Positions 9,697 to 18,780 of a DNA stretch of 64,000 nt are shown here, piece by piece. Under the pieces are notes generated by a model. It saw only the letters and a list, made by a program, of their open reading frames with translations. It had not been told where the DNA came from and did no database searches. Both the position numbers and the translations under genes were made by a program. The stretch spans positions 512,001-576,000 of the forward strand of contig CAVPCR010000004.1 of NCBI GenBank assembly GCA_963702435.1, read 5' to 3'. Each line of letters opens with the position of its first letter. The stretch's first letter is position 1. The stretch is from Candidatus Eiseniibacteriota bacterium (GTDB lineage Bacteria; Eisenbacteria; RBG-16-71-46; CAVPCR01).

Positions 9697-10896
9697 GTGC
9701 GCGCGCTCGCCGAGTTCACCCGCACGCCGAACGCGCTCGCTCCGCACTACGCGCGCTTCCGCGTCGGCGAGCGGCTGCTCCTGACCGGACATTCCCATCA
9801 GGCGTGGCCCGATGTCGGGTTCGCGGGGCAGGTCGAGGCGTGGGAGGATGCGGCGCGTCTCCTCGATGAGAAATGGGGGCCGGCCGCCGGGAAGGCAGAA
9901 CTCGTTCGCGAGGGCTACGCGCGGCTCCTCGGTGCGCGAGCGGACGAGATCGCCCTCGGCCAGAACACGCACGAGCTCGTGATCCGCTTCCTCTCCGCGC
10001 TCCCGCTCGACGCGCGGCCGCGGCTGGTGACTACGGACGGCGAGTTCAATACCCTCCGGCGCCAGCTCGACCGCCTGGCCGAGCTCCGCTCGCTCGAGGT
10101 CGTCAAGGTGCCGGCCGCGCCGGCGGCGGCGATCGCGGAGCGGCTCGCCGCGGCGGTCGACGCGCACACGGCGGCGGTCCTCGTCTCCTCGGTGCTCTTC
10201 GCCAACGCGCACATCGTGCCGGGGCTCGGGTCGCTCTGTGCCGCCGTGCGGCGCGCCGGCGCCGAGTTCCTCGTCGACACCTATCATCATCTGAACGCGG
10301 TGCCGTTCTCGCTCGCGGCGGAAGGGCTCGCCGATGCGTTCGTGGTCGGCGGCGGCTACAAGTACTGCCAGCTCGGCGAGGGGAACTGCTTCCTGCGCGT
10401 GCCGCCGGGGCGCGAGGAGCTCCGGCCGGTCGTGACCGGCTGGTTCAGCGAGTTCGCGCACCTCGCGGCGCCGGTCGCGGGCCGCGTGGCGTACGGCAGC
10501 GGACCCGCGCGCTGGGCCGGCGCCACGTACGATCCGACGAGCCATTACCGGGCGGCGCGCGTCTTCGCGTTCTTCGCCGACGAGGGGCTCACCCCGGATC
10601 TCCTGCGCGCGGTGAGCCGGCACCAGGTAGGATTCCTCGCCGCCGGCTTCGACGCGCTCGACCTCGATCCGCGCCTGATCGCGCGTGACCACGCGGTGCC
10701 GCTCGAGCGGATCGGCGGCTTCCTCGCCCTGCGCAGCTCGCAGGCGGCCGCGCTCGCGGCCGCGCTCCGCGATCGAGGCGTGCTCACCGACGTGCGCGGC
10801 GATCTCCTCCGGCTCGGACCGGCGCCGTATCTCAGCGACGAGCAGCTCGCCGCCGCGATCGCCGCGCTCGGGGCGGTGGTGCGGGCCGGCGTGTAG
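9697..10896 (+). CDS. kynU: Kynureninase (PLP-dependent, aminotransferase class V)
   Basis: LTGHSHQAWPD, DTYH, GGGYKY (PLP Lys), GWF and LRLGPAPY. Confidence 0.85.
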   Translation: MRALAEFTRTPNALAPHYARFRVGERLLLTGHSHQAWPDVGFAGQVEAWEDAARLLDEKWGPAAGKAELVREGYARLLGARADEIALGQNTHELVIRFLSALPLDARPRLVTTDGEFNTLRRQLDRLAELRSLEVVKVPAAPAAAIAERLAAAVDAHTAAVLVSSVLFANAHIVPGLGSLCAAVRRAGAEFLVDTYHHLNAVPFSLAAEGLADAFVVGGGYKYCQLGEGNCFLRVPPGREELRPVVTGWFSEFAHLAAPVAGRVAYGSGPARWAGATYDPTSHYRAARVFAFFADEGLTPDLLRAVSRHQVGFLAAGFDALDLDPRLIARDHAVPLERIGGFLALRSSQAAALAAALRDRGVLTDVRGDLLRLGPAPYLSDEQLAAAIAALGAVVRAGV

Positions 10897-10929
10897 GGTC
10901 CGCCGCAAGCGAGCGGGCGGGCCGGCGCT

Positions 10930-11577
10930 CTACGCCGGGGGCATCGGGGGGAGCGGTCCGCGCGGGGACGTCCCCCGCGGGAACCGCCAGACGACGCGGG
11001 CCGGGTTTCCGAACACGACCACATCGGAGGGGATCCGACCGGTCACCACGGAGCCGGCGGCGACCACCGTGTTCGCTCCGATCCGGGTCCCCTTCAGGAC
11101 GATCGCTCCGACGCAGACCCAGGCGTTGGCTCCGATGTAGACCGGCTTGGTGGCGCCCTGGGTATTCAGGCGATGCTCTTCCGGGCCGACCTGAACGGCG
11201 TGGAAATCGCTGTCGGTGATTCGCGCCTCGGCCAGCATCGCCCGGTCGCCGACCTCGATCCGCGCGGCGCAGCTGATGCGTGCGCCGTTGAGGGCCACCT
11301 GGTTGCCGAACTTGATGACCGCCGCGGGGGATTGCGTCCAGGGTGTCGTCCGGGCCAGTTTCGTCGAGAAGACCACGCAATCATCCCCGAACACCACGGT
11401 ACCCGGTCCGCGGATATCCACGCCCCCCACCACGCGAAATCGCCTCCCGACAACGACCTTCTGGCCGCGCAGGCGGAACTTGAGCAGGTAGTACTGCCCG
11501 CAAAGCAACTCGCGCAGATACTCCAGGGACTTCGGCAGGTTCCCTGCGGCCCGGCGGACCGTTTTTCTCCGACTCAT
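10930..11577 (-). CDS. Hexapeptide-repeat (left-handed beta-helix) acyltransferase
   Basis: ITDSDFH, VYIGANAWVCVGAIVLKGTRIGANTVVAAGSVV and GNPARV. Confidence 0.85.
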   Translation of the reverse strand: MSRRKTVRRAAGNLPKSLEYLRELLCGQYYLLKFRLRGQKVVVGRRFRVVGGVDIRGPGTVVFGDDCVVFSTKLARTTPWTQSPAAVIKFGNQVALNGARISCAARIEVGDRAMLAEARITDSDFHAVQVGPEEHRLNTQGATKPVYIGANAWVCVGAIVLKGTRIGANTVVAAGSVVTGRIPSDVVVFGNPARVVWRFPRGTSPRGPLPPMPPA

Positions 11578-11603
11578 GCCCCGCACCTTTCAGCCTCGCC
11601 GGC

Positions 11604-11855
11604 TCAGCCTTTCCCCTTCCTGGTCGCGATGTACTGCTCGATCGTGTTGAGCGACTCGAAATTCTCGGGCAGTATGTCCTCGTCCGCGATCCGTACTCCG
11701 GTCCGTTCCTCGATGAAATGAATGACCTGCATGAGCCCCATCGAGTCAATGACACCGCGCTCGATGAGAGACTCATCGTCCGACACGTCGTCCGGGTCTC
11801 CCTCGTCGATCAGGTTCTCCCGGATGAAATCTCTGAGCTCGTCCTTGAAGGCCAT
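11604..11855 (-). CDS. Stand-alone acyl/peptidyl carrier protein (PltL/RedO-like)
   Basis: 83-aa acidic protein with the GVIDSMG phosphopantetheine Ser motif and ENFESL; GGAGG RBS. Confidence 0.9.
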   Translation of the reverse strand: MAFKDELRDFIRENLIDEGDPDDVSDDESLIERGVIDSMGLMQVIHFIEERTGVRIADEDILPENFESLNTIEQYIATRKGKG

Positions 11856-11876
11856 TGCCCCCTCCAGCTCGTCGGG

Positions 11877-13463
11877 TCAGAGGCCCAGTTCAGCCCGCAG
11901 CTGCACCCGATCGGTCTTTCCGGTTGATGTCTGCGGCAGCTGCTCCCGGACCAGGAACTCCTCCGGCACCATGTACCGCGGCAGGCGGGCCAGGCAGAAC
12001 CCGCGGAGCTCTTCCACCACCAGGTCCGCTCCCGGATGCGGAACGATCACCGCCTGGAGGCGCGCCCCGATCTCCTGATCGGGGACGGCGAGGACCACTG
12101 CTTCGCGGATCTTCGGGTGCTGGTAGAGCGTTTGCTCGATCTCCCCCAGCTCGATGCGGTACCCCCGCGACTTCACCATGTTGTCGCGGCGGCCCACGAA
12201 CTGGAAGTTGCCGTCCGGCTGCGGCCGGACATAGTCCCCGGTCCGGTAGACGCGCTCGGGGTATGCCGTCTGCACGGGGTTCGGTATCAGCATCTGGGCG
12301 GTTTTCTCCGGCAACCCCCAGTACCCGAGCATGACGGTGCCCCCTCTCACCAGGAGCTCCCCCTCTTCACCGGGGCCGGCCACCCGCCCGTCCTCGGTCA
12401 CCGCGAACACGTCGGTATTGTCGCACGCCGCGCCTATCGAAATGTCGGCGGTCCGGTCGGCCGGCAGCGGTGGAACCCGGTAGTACGTGCAAACGTTCGT
12501 CTCGGTCGGCCCGTACAGGTTGTAGAACTCGACCTGCTGCAGGCGTTGCATCACATCGCGCAGGTACTTGACCGGGAATACCTCTCCGGCGAACAGTACG
12601 GCGCGGAGGTGCTCGAAACGGAATCGCTCCAGCTGCCCGTGCAGCAGCATCTGGGTGAGGGCCGACGGCACCGAGTACCAGATGCTGATCCGCTCGGTCT
12701 CGATCCAGCGCGCCACCTCCAGCGGAAAGATGAGGGCGGTTTCGGGGACCATGTTCACGCTGGCCCCGGTCTGCAGCGCCACATACACGTCGAAGACGGA
12801 GAGATCGAAGTGCATCGGGGCATGATTGGAGAGCCGGTCCTCCGGCCCGATCCGGAAGGCGGCCACGCCCCAGTCCACGAAGGTCAGCGCATTCCGGTGG
12901 CTGAGCACCACCCCCTTGGGTGTCCCCGTGGATCCGGAGGTGTAGAGGATGTACGCCGGGTCGAGCTCGACGGCGCGGGAGGCCGGGATCCGCTCGGCGG
13001 GGAACCGCCGCAGGGTCTCCCAGGCATGAAACCGCCGGCCTGCCGGATCACCGGCCGCGGCCGGCGTCCCGGTGGTCAGCACCACGGTCCTCAGCTCCGG
13101 CAATTCGCCCCAGTGCGCTGCCAGTCCGTGCAGCTTCTTCTCCGTCGTCACGAGACCGCGGACCGCGCAGTTGCCGAGTATGTAGGAGACGCGCCGGACC
13201 GGAGCGTTCGGGTCCACCGGGACGTAGGTCGCGCCGGCCTTGAGGATCCCGAGCATGGCCACCACCACCTGGGGGCTCTTGTGCAGATCGATCCCGACGC
13301 GGGCGCCCGGCCCGATCCCCTCGGCGGCGAGGAGATTCGCCAGGCGCGTGCTCTCCTCGTCCAGCTCCCGATAGGTCAGTTTCTCGCCGCGGCAGGCCAC
13401 CGCCAGACGATCGGGGTGACGTTGAGCGGATTCGGCGAGGCCATGCCACAGGAGGTACGCCAT
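11877..13463 (-). CDS. Stand-alone amino-acid adenylation enzyme, predicted L-proline--carrier ligase (PltF/RedM/AnaC-like)
   Basis: YTSGSTGTPKG, FDLS, NLYGPTE, YRTGD, GYRIELGEIE and A10 TSTGK. The pocket code read by eye is DLFYLALVCK. Confidence 0.85.
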   Translation of the reverse strand: MAYLLWHGLAESAQRHPDRLAVACRGEKLTYRELDEESTRLANLLAAEGIGPGARVGIDLHKSPQVVVAMLGILKAGATYVPVDPNAPVRRVSYILGNCAVRGLVTTEKKLHGLAAHWGELPELRTVVLTTGTPAAAGDPAGRRFHAWETLRRFPAERIPASRAVELDPAYILYTSGSTGTPKGVVLSHRNALTFVDWGVAAFRIGPEDRLSNHAPMHFDLSVFDVYVALQTGASVNMVPETALIFPLEVARWIETERISIWYSVPSALTQMLLHGQLERFRFEHLRAVLFAGEVFPVKYLRDVMQRLQQVEFYNLYGPTETNVCTYYRVPPLPADRTADISIGAACDNTDVFAVTEDGRVAGPGEEGELLVRGGTVMLGYWGLPEKTAQMLIPNPVQTAYPERVYRTGDYVRPQPDGNFQFVGRRDNMVKSRGYRIELGEIEQTLYQHPKIREAVVLAVPDQEIGARLQAVIVPHPGADLVVEELRGFCLARLPRYMVPEEFLVREQLPQTSTGKTDRVQLRAELGL

Positions 13464-13480
13464 GATTTGCTCCAGCGCCG

Positions 13481-14635
13481 TCAGACCGAGAGACCGAGAC
13501 TCCGTGCGATGATCAATCGCTGGATTTCAGAGGTTCCTGAGTAGATCTTGCCGCCCAGGAAATCCCGCAGATCCCTTTCCACGCCGAATTCCTTCGTGTA
13601 GCCATAGCCGCCATGGATCTGGATGGCGTCCAGGGCGGACTCGACGGCCGCCTCGCTGATCACGAGCTTGGACACGGCCGCGTCGAGGGCGTCCAGCTTC
13701 TCTTCGGCATGGAGCCACCCCGTGCGATAGAGCACCAGCCTGGCCGTCTCGAGCCGGACCTTCATGTTCACGATCTTGGAAGCCACGAGCTGGAAGCTCC
13801 CCACCGGCTTCCCGAACTGATGCCGGTCTTTCACGTACTGCAGGCAGGCTTCGAGCTGGCGTTGCATCGCGCCAACGGTACTGGCCAGGATGCAACTGCG
13901 TTCCCAGCCCATGGAATGGTTGAAGATCGCCTGCCCCAGGCCCTCGCGCCCCAGGACGTTGGCGGCCGGCACCTCGCAGTCCTCCAGGATCAGCTCGGCC
14001 ATGGGGGCGGTATGGAGCCCCATCTTCTCGATCCTCCGCCCCGTCGAGAACCCCCTGGCGCCGCGTTCCACCAGAAAACCCGTGATCCCCCACATGCCCT
14101 TCCTGGGATCCACGGTGGCGAACACCAGCGCCAGATCCGCATCGGGGGCGTTGGTGATGAACGTCTTGGCGCCGTTCAACACGTAGCGATCCCCGTTGCG
14201 CACCGCGCGCGTGGCCAGGCTGAAGGCGTCCGAACCGGAGTTCGGCTCGGTCATCCCGTGCGCGCCGATCCACGTTCCGTCGCACAACCTGGGGAGGTAG
14301 CGGCGCTTCTGGTCCTCGTTCCCGAACCGGAGGATGGGCACCTCGACCGCCCACATGTGGGCGTGGATCGCAAACACCAGACCGTTGTCCTGGCAACCGT
14401 AACCCAACGCTTCCATGGCGAGCATCGTGCTGAGGCTGTCCAGGCCGCTGCCGCCGTACTCCTCCGGAACCGGAAGGCCCTGGATGCCGAAGTCGGCGCA
14501 CTTCCTCCAGAGCTCGCGCGGCAGCTCGCCGGCGTCGTCGCGGGCCAGGAGGTCCGCATTCAGCTCGCGCCGGGCAAAGGCGACGACCGAATCACGGAAC
14601 CTGAGCTGCTCGTCAGACCAGGAGAAATCCATCAT
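13481..14635 (-). CDS. Acyl-CoA dehydrogenase family protein, predicted prolyl-S-carrier dehydrogenase (PltE/RedW/AnaB-like)
   Basis: MDFSW, EALGYGCQDNGL, HGMTEPNSGSD, KTFITN, WER (catalytic Glu position), QIHGGYG and SGTSEIQ; adjacent to the A-domain and carrier. Confidence 0.85.
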   Translation of the reverse strand: MMDFSWSDEQLRFRDSVVAFARRELNADLLARDDAGELPRELWRKCADFGIQGLPVPEEYGGSGLDSLSTMLAMEALGYGCQDNGLVFAIHAHMWAVEVPILRFGNEDQKRRYLPRLCDGTWIGAHGMTEPNSGSDAFSLATRAVRNGDRYVLNGAKTFITNAPDADLALVFATVDPRKGMWGITGFLVERGARGFSTGRRIEKMGLHTAPMAELILEDCEVPAANVLGREGLGQAIFNHSMGWERSCILASTVGAMQRQLEACLQYVKDRHQFGKPVGSFQLVASKIVNMKVRLETARLVLYRTGWLHAEEKLDALDAAVSKLVISEAAVESALDAIQIHGGYGYTKEFGVERDLRDFLGGKIYSGTSEIQRLIIARSLGLSV

Positions 14636-14758
14636 CACCCCGGCAGGTAGAGGACCAGGAGTCAGCGCACTGACTCCGGCGGCGGAGTCTCCCTCGATGT
14701 CGGCAGGTGCGCCGGGATCGAGTCGCCCGGGTCCGATCCCGGTCAGGCGTCGACCACA

Positions 14759-15487
14759 TCAATCATACGTCTCGCAGCGCACGTCGCGCCGCTCGAATCC
14801 CATCTCCTCGACGAAGAGCGCACGCACGGGGCGGACGAAGGCCTTGAGGCCGCTCACGAGCGGCACGAAGCGGCGCTCGCCCCAGCCTTCGGCGATCAAG
14901 GCCTCCCGGAGGATATCCACCTCCGGTCGAGCGTCGATCCCGGGGCCGCCGCCCGGTGCCGAGGCGACGTAGCGGACGCGCGGCGTGCGCAGCGCGAGGG
15001 CGGAGAACTCCTCATGATAGAGAAGATGCTCGACGCGATCGGCGCCGTTGACGAGAAGGATCTCGGGGGCCGCGGCGCTCGCCGCGGCATCGCGGAACAG
15101 GTGGCGGAGGAGGCAGCGGAGCGGGACGACACCGGTGAAGCGCCCGGCCAGGACGAGCCGCTCGGGGAGCGGCTCCGGCGCGCCGAACTGGCCGAAGGGC
15201 CCGGCGAGCGTGAGCTCCTCGCCGCCGGCGATCTCCCACAGGTAGCTCGAGCCGAGACCGCCCGCGACGTGGTCGAAGCAGAGCACGAGCTCGCCCGACG
15301 GCGACTCGGGCTCGGCAAGCGAGTAGGCGCGGATGAGCGGCGGGCGCTCACCGAGCGGCAGGTGGAGCGAGACCCACTGCCCCGGATGGAAATGGAGCGG
15401 GTTCGCCGGGGCGAACACACACTCGCGCACGTCGGGGGCGATCTCGCGCACGGCGCGGACGCGGGCCTTCTGGGTCGGGACGCTCAT
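14759..15487 (-). CDS. Ferredoxin-NADP reductase-like FAD-binding oxidoreductase
   Basis: PGQWV, RAYS, GLGSSYL and GPFGQF. Confidence 0.8.
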   Translation of the reverse strand: MSVPTQKARVRAVREIAPDVRECVFAPANPLHFHPGQWVSLHLPLGERPPLIRAYSLAEPESPSGELVLCFDHVAGGLGSSYLWEIAGGEELTLAGPFGQFGAPEPLPERLVLAGRFTGVVPLRCLLRHLFRDAAASAAAPEILLVNGADRVEHLLYHEEFSALALRTPRVRYVASAPGGGPGIDARPEVDILREALIAEGWGERRFVPLVSGLKAFVRPVRALFVEEMGFERRDVRCETYD

Positions 15488-15572
15488 CGAGTGGCCTCGT
15501 GGGGAAGCGCCTCGGGGGCGGGCGCGCGCCGGATATCCGGGGGGTGCCCGGCGCGCGTCCCGCGGTCCGGGC

Positions 15573-16490
15573 TCACTTGCCGCCGTAGATATCCATGATC
15601 TGCCCGAGCATCTTGAGCGCCTCGTCCTTCGGCCGCTGGAACGAGTTGCGCCCGATGATCGAGCCGAAACCGCCGCCGTCGCGGATCTGGCGGCAATCCT
15701 CGTAGATCTCGTCGAGCGACTTGGCGGCGCCGCCCGAGAAGATGACGATCCGCTTCCCGTTGAACGAGCTTCGCACGACCATGCGCACGCGGTCGGCCAG
15801 GGTCGCGATCGGGACCTGGTGCTTCTCGATCATCTTCTTGGCTTCCGCCTGCTCGACGTGGGCGGTCGGCGGCTTGACCTTGACGATGTTGGCGCCGAGC
15901 TGGCAGGCGATGTGAGCGGCGTAGCACGAGACATCGACCGCGGTCTCGCCGTCCTTCGAGACCCCCGAGCCGCGCGGGTACGACCAGATGACGACCGGGA
16001 GCCCGCAGGCCTTGGCCTCCTCGGTCAGCTCGCGGATCTCCTCGTACATCTCGTTGCGGGCGGCGGAGCCGGGGTAGATGGTGAAGCCGATGGCCGCGCA
16101 GCCAAGCGCGAGCGCGTCACGCACGGTGGACGTCACCGCGGGGCAGGGATCCTCGCCGCTGTACAGCGAGTCTGAATTGTTGACCTTGAGGATCAGCGGC
16201 ACCTCGGCCGCGTAGCGATCGGCACAAGCCTGGATGAAGCCGAGCGGCGCCGCGTAGGCGTTCATGCCGGCCTCGATCGCGAGCTGGAAGTGGTACTCGG
16301 GGTCGAATCCGGCCGCGTTGGCGGTGAACGAGCGCACGGGCCCGTGCTCGAAGCCCTGGTCGACGGGCAGGATCACCATGCGACCCGAGCCGCCGATCCT
16401 CCCGTGGTTCAGCATCCGCGCGAGGTTGGCACGGACGCCCGGAGTCTCGTTCGTGTACCAGCTCAGGATCTCTCGGATCCGGTTGTTCAT
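15573..16490 (-). CDS. fbaB: Class I fructose-bisphosphate aldolase (DhnA family)
   Basis: ILPVDQGFEHGP, WSYPRG, IVKVK, FSGG and GSIIGRNSFQRP. Confidence 0.93.
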   Translation of the reverse strand: MNNRIREILSWYTNETPGVRANLARMLNHGRIGGSGRMVILPVDQGFEHGPVRSFTANAAGFDPEYHFQLAIEAGMNAYAAPLGFIQACADRYAAEVPLILKVNNSDSLYSGEDPCPAVTSTVRDALALGCAAIGFTIYPGSAARNEMYEEIRELTEEAKACGLPVVIWSYPRGSGVSKDGETAVDVSCYAAHIACQLGANIVKVKPPTAHVEQAEAKKMIEKHQVPIATLADRVRMVVRSSFNGKRIVIFSGGAAKSLDEIYEDCRQIRDGGGFGSIIGRNSFQRPKDEALKMLGQIMDIYGGK

Positions 16491-16557
16491 GTCGTCTCTC
16501 CTTCGACTGAAGCGGGGCACCGTGAATCGAAAACCGGCCGATTCTACCGCAAGCCGG

Positions 16558-16974
16558 TCAGAGGTGATAGAGCATCAGGTAGATGACCACGCCCGTCATC
16601 GATACGTAGAGCCATGCCGGCAGTGCCCAGCGGGCGACGCGGCGATGGCGGGCGAACTGGCCGCGGAACGCGCGGGCGAGGGTGAGGATCACCAGCGGCA
16701 CGATGGCGGCTGCGAGCACCGTGTGCGTGCCGAGGATCGCGAGGTACGCGGCGCGCACCGGCGGCGAGCCGACGAAGCGCGTGGTGCCCGCGTGCGCGTG
16801 ATAGGTCAGATAGGAGATCAGGAAGAGGGTCGAGGAGGCGACCGCCGCGAGCATGAGCGCGCGGTGGCGTTCCCGGCGGCCGCGCCGGATGGCGAGGTAT
16901 CCGGCGATGAGGAGGCCGGCGCTCGTCGCATTGAGGAGCGCGTTCACCGTCGGCAGCGCGGCGTACGGGATCAT
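16558..16974 (-). CDS. DUF420 family membrane protein
   Basis: LPTVNALLN, HRALM, FLISYLTYH, HRRVARW and WLYVSMTGVVIY. The start overlaps the SCO stop (ATGA). Confidence 0.88.
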   Translation of the reverse strand: MIPYAALPTVNALLNATSAGLLIAGYLAIRRGRRERHRALMLAAVASSTLFLISYLTYHAHAGTTRFVGSPPVRAAYLAILGTHTVLAAAIVPLVILTLARAFRGQFARHRRVARWALPAWLYVSMTGVVIYLMLYHL

Positions 16975-17597
16975 GATCGGAGCCGGCGCGCGTCGGCGGC
17001 GAGGCGGCGCAGGGTCTCGGTGTCCGCCGAGTCGTAGTAGCCGCGGATGCGGCCCGCGCCGTCGACCAGCACGAAGCGGGTCGAGTGGTTGAAGGAGCCG
17101 TCGGCACCTTCGGCGGTCAGATGGAAGCTGTCGGCGAGGAGCGGATAGATCGCCTCCTTGGTGCCGGTGAGAAAGAACCAGCGTTCCGGGTCTGCGTTGT
17201 AGCGGGCTGCGAAGTCGGCGAGCACGTACGCGGTGTCGTAGGCCGGGTCGACCGTGATCGAGACGAAGCGGACGTCCGGGGCGTCGGCCAGATCGGTCGC
17301 GAGCGTGCTCATGGCGGACGTCATGCGCGGGCAGATGGTCTGGCAGCGGGTGAAGATGAAGTCCGCGATCCAGACATGGCCGGCGAGCTCGGCGCGCGTC
17401 ACGGTGCGGCCGCTCCGCTCGGTGAGCGCGAAGTCGGCGACTGCTCCGTGCACGGGGAGCGGGCGGAGTCCGCGGGCCAGCTCGTCGAGCGCGCCGGTGC
17501 GGGCCAGGAACAGAGTCAGCCCGGCGGCGAGGAGCGCGATGACGGCGAGGCCGAGGGCGACGAGGGGGCGCCCGCTGTGACGCTGGTGATCGTTCAT
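16971..17597 (-). CDS. SCO1/SenC copper chaperone
   Basis: N-terminal TM helix, FIFTRCQTICP (CxxxC), ITVDP and HSTRFVLVD. Confidence 0.9.
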   Translation of the reverse strand: MNDHQRHSGRPLVALGLAVIALLAAGLTLFLARTGALDELARGLRPLPVHGAVADFALTERSGRTVTRAELAGHVWIADFIFTRCQTICPRMTSAMSTLATDLADAPDVRFVSITVDPAYDTAYVLADFAARYNADPERWFFLTGTKEAIYPLLADSFHLTAEGADGSFNHSTRFVLVDGAGRIRGYYDSADTETLRRLAADARRLRS

Positions 17598-17659
17598 GGC
17601 TCTTGTCTCCTGGCGGGACTCGAGCGGGACTCGAGCGGGGGAGACGGACGCTAGCAAGC

Positions 17660-17710
17660 GGCCGGGGCGCGGTCAACCGGCCGGGGCGCGGTCAACCGGC
17701 CGGGGCGCGG
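17660..17710. repeat. 19-bp tandem repeat (GCCGGGGCGCGGTCAACCG, about 2.6 copies)
   Basis: Seen directly; contains the stop codon of the gene ending at 17692. Confidence 0.85.
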
Positions 17711-18654
17711 CCTTCCGGGTCGAGGCGCTCGCGATCCCGCCCACCCCGAGCGAGCCCGAGCTCGATCGCCCCGAACAGGAGCGCGGCGCCCGCGAGCGGC
17801 GCCACGTAGAAGACGAGCCGGTAGATGGCAAGCGCGCCGATCGCCGCCGCCGGATTCACGCTCGAGCCGAGGAAGAGGAGCATCACGGTCTCGAAGACGC
17901 CGAGCCCGGCCGGCACGTTGGACGCGACCCCCGCCACCTGCGCCAGCATGTACACCCCGATGAAGTGCGTGAAGGACATGTCCGCGGGGGCGATGAGGAG
18001 GTAGGGCACGGCGGCGGCGAGCAACCAGTCGAGTCCGGCCACCAGGACCTGGGCGAGAGCCCCTTCGATCGTCGGCAGGTTCAGGTGCCACGAGCCGATG
18101 CGGAGTGCCGCCACTCGCCGCGCGCACCATCCCAGGTAGAAGAGAAGACAGAGGAGGAACCCCGCGCCGAGGAGGCGCGCCGAGCGGACGGGCAAGGTGA
18201 TCGCCGCCGGGAGCAGCGGCGGGTCGATGAGGAAGACCGCGCCGCCGACCGCGAGGAAGCCGAGCCACGAGATCATGGCGGCGAGCGCCACGAGCTTCGC
18301 GATGTCGAGCGGGCCGAGGTCGAATGCGGCGAGAAGGCGATAGCGCACGGCGCCGCCGGAGAGGACGGCGAAGCCGACCGCGCGGCTGAACGCGTAGCCG
18401 ATGAACGAGGTGGCGGCGAGACGCCGGAGCGGCAGCGTGCGGCCGATGACGCGGAGCGCGAGCCAATCGAGCCCGATGAGCGGCAGGAAATCGAAGGCGG
18501 TGAGGAGCGCGGCGAGGACGATGCGATGGGCCGGGATGGCGCGGAGCTGGGCGGCGATCTCGGCGGTGCTCGTCCCCGCGAGCTCGCGGCGGAGGACGAC
18601 GAGCGCGACGGTGAAGGAGAGGAGGCCGATGAGAGGGGGAATCCATTTGCGCAT
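17692..18654 (-). CDS. Lysylphosphatidylglycerol-synthase TM (MprF N-terminal flippase-like/YbhN) protein
   Basis: SFIGYAFS, LSGGAVRYR, SNVPAGLGVFE and IYRLVFY; no C-terminal aminoacyltransferase domain. Confidence 0.85.
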   Translation of the reverse strand: MRKWIPPLIGLLSFTVALVVLRRELAGTSTAEIAAQLRAIPAHRIVLAALLTAFDFLPLIGLDWLALRVIGRTLPLRRLAATSFIGYAFSRAVGFAVLSGGAVRYRLLAAFDLGPLDIAKLVALAAMISWLGFLAVGGAVFLIDPPLLPAAITLPVRSARLLGAGFLLCLLFYLGWCARRVAALRIGSWHLNLPTIEGALAQVLVAGLDWLLAAAVPYLLIAPADMSFTHFIGVYMLAQVAGVASNVPAGLGVFETVMLLFLGSSVNPAAAIGALAIYRLVFYVAPLAGAALLFGAIELGLARGGRDRERLDPEGRAPAG

Positions 18655-18780
18655 GCGCGGCGGAGCATAGCCGATCCCGCGCTGCCGCGGTGGTTGGAGC
18701 CCGGGCGGCCCGGGCGGCACCGGCCCCGGCCCCGGCGTCCCCGGCAGGGGTCGCCCCGGCATGGTAGGCTTCTCCCCGCG

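Noticed and set aside
11877..13463. DltA / teichoic-acid D-alanylation call for the A domain and carrier
   Set aside because: No DltB/MBOAT or DltD is nearby, and the pocket code and adjacent dehydrogenase fit proline-to-pyrrole systems.
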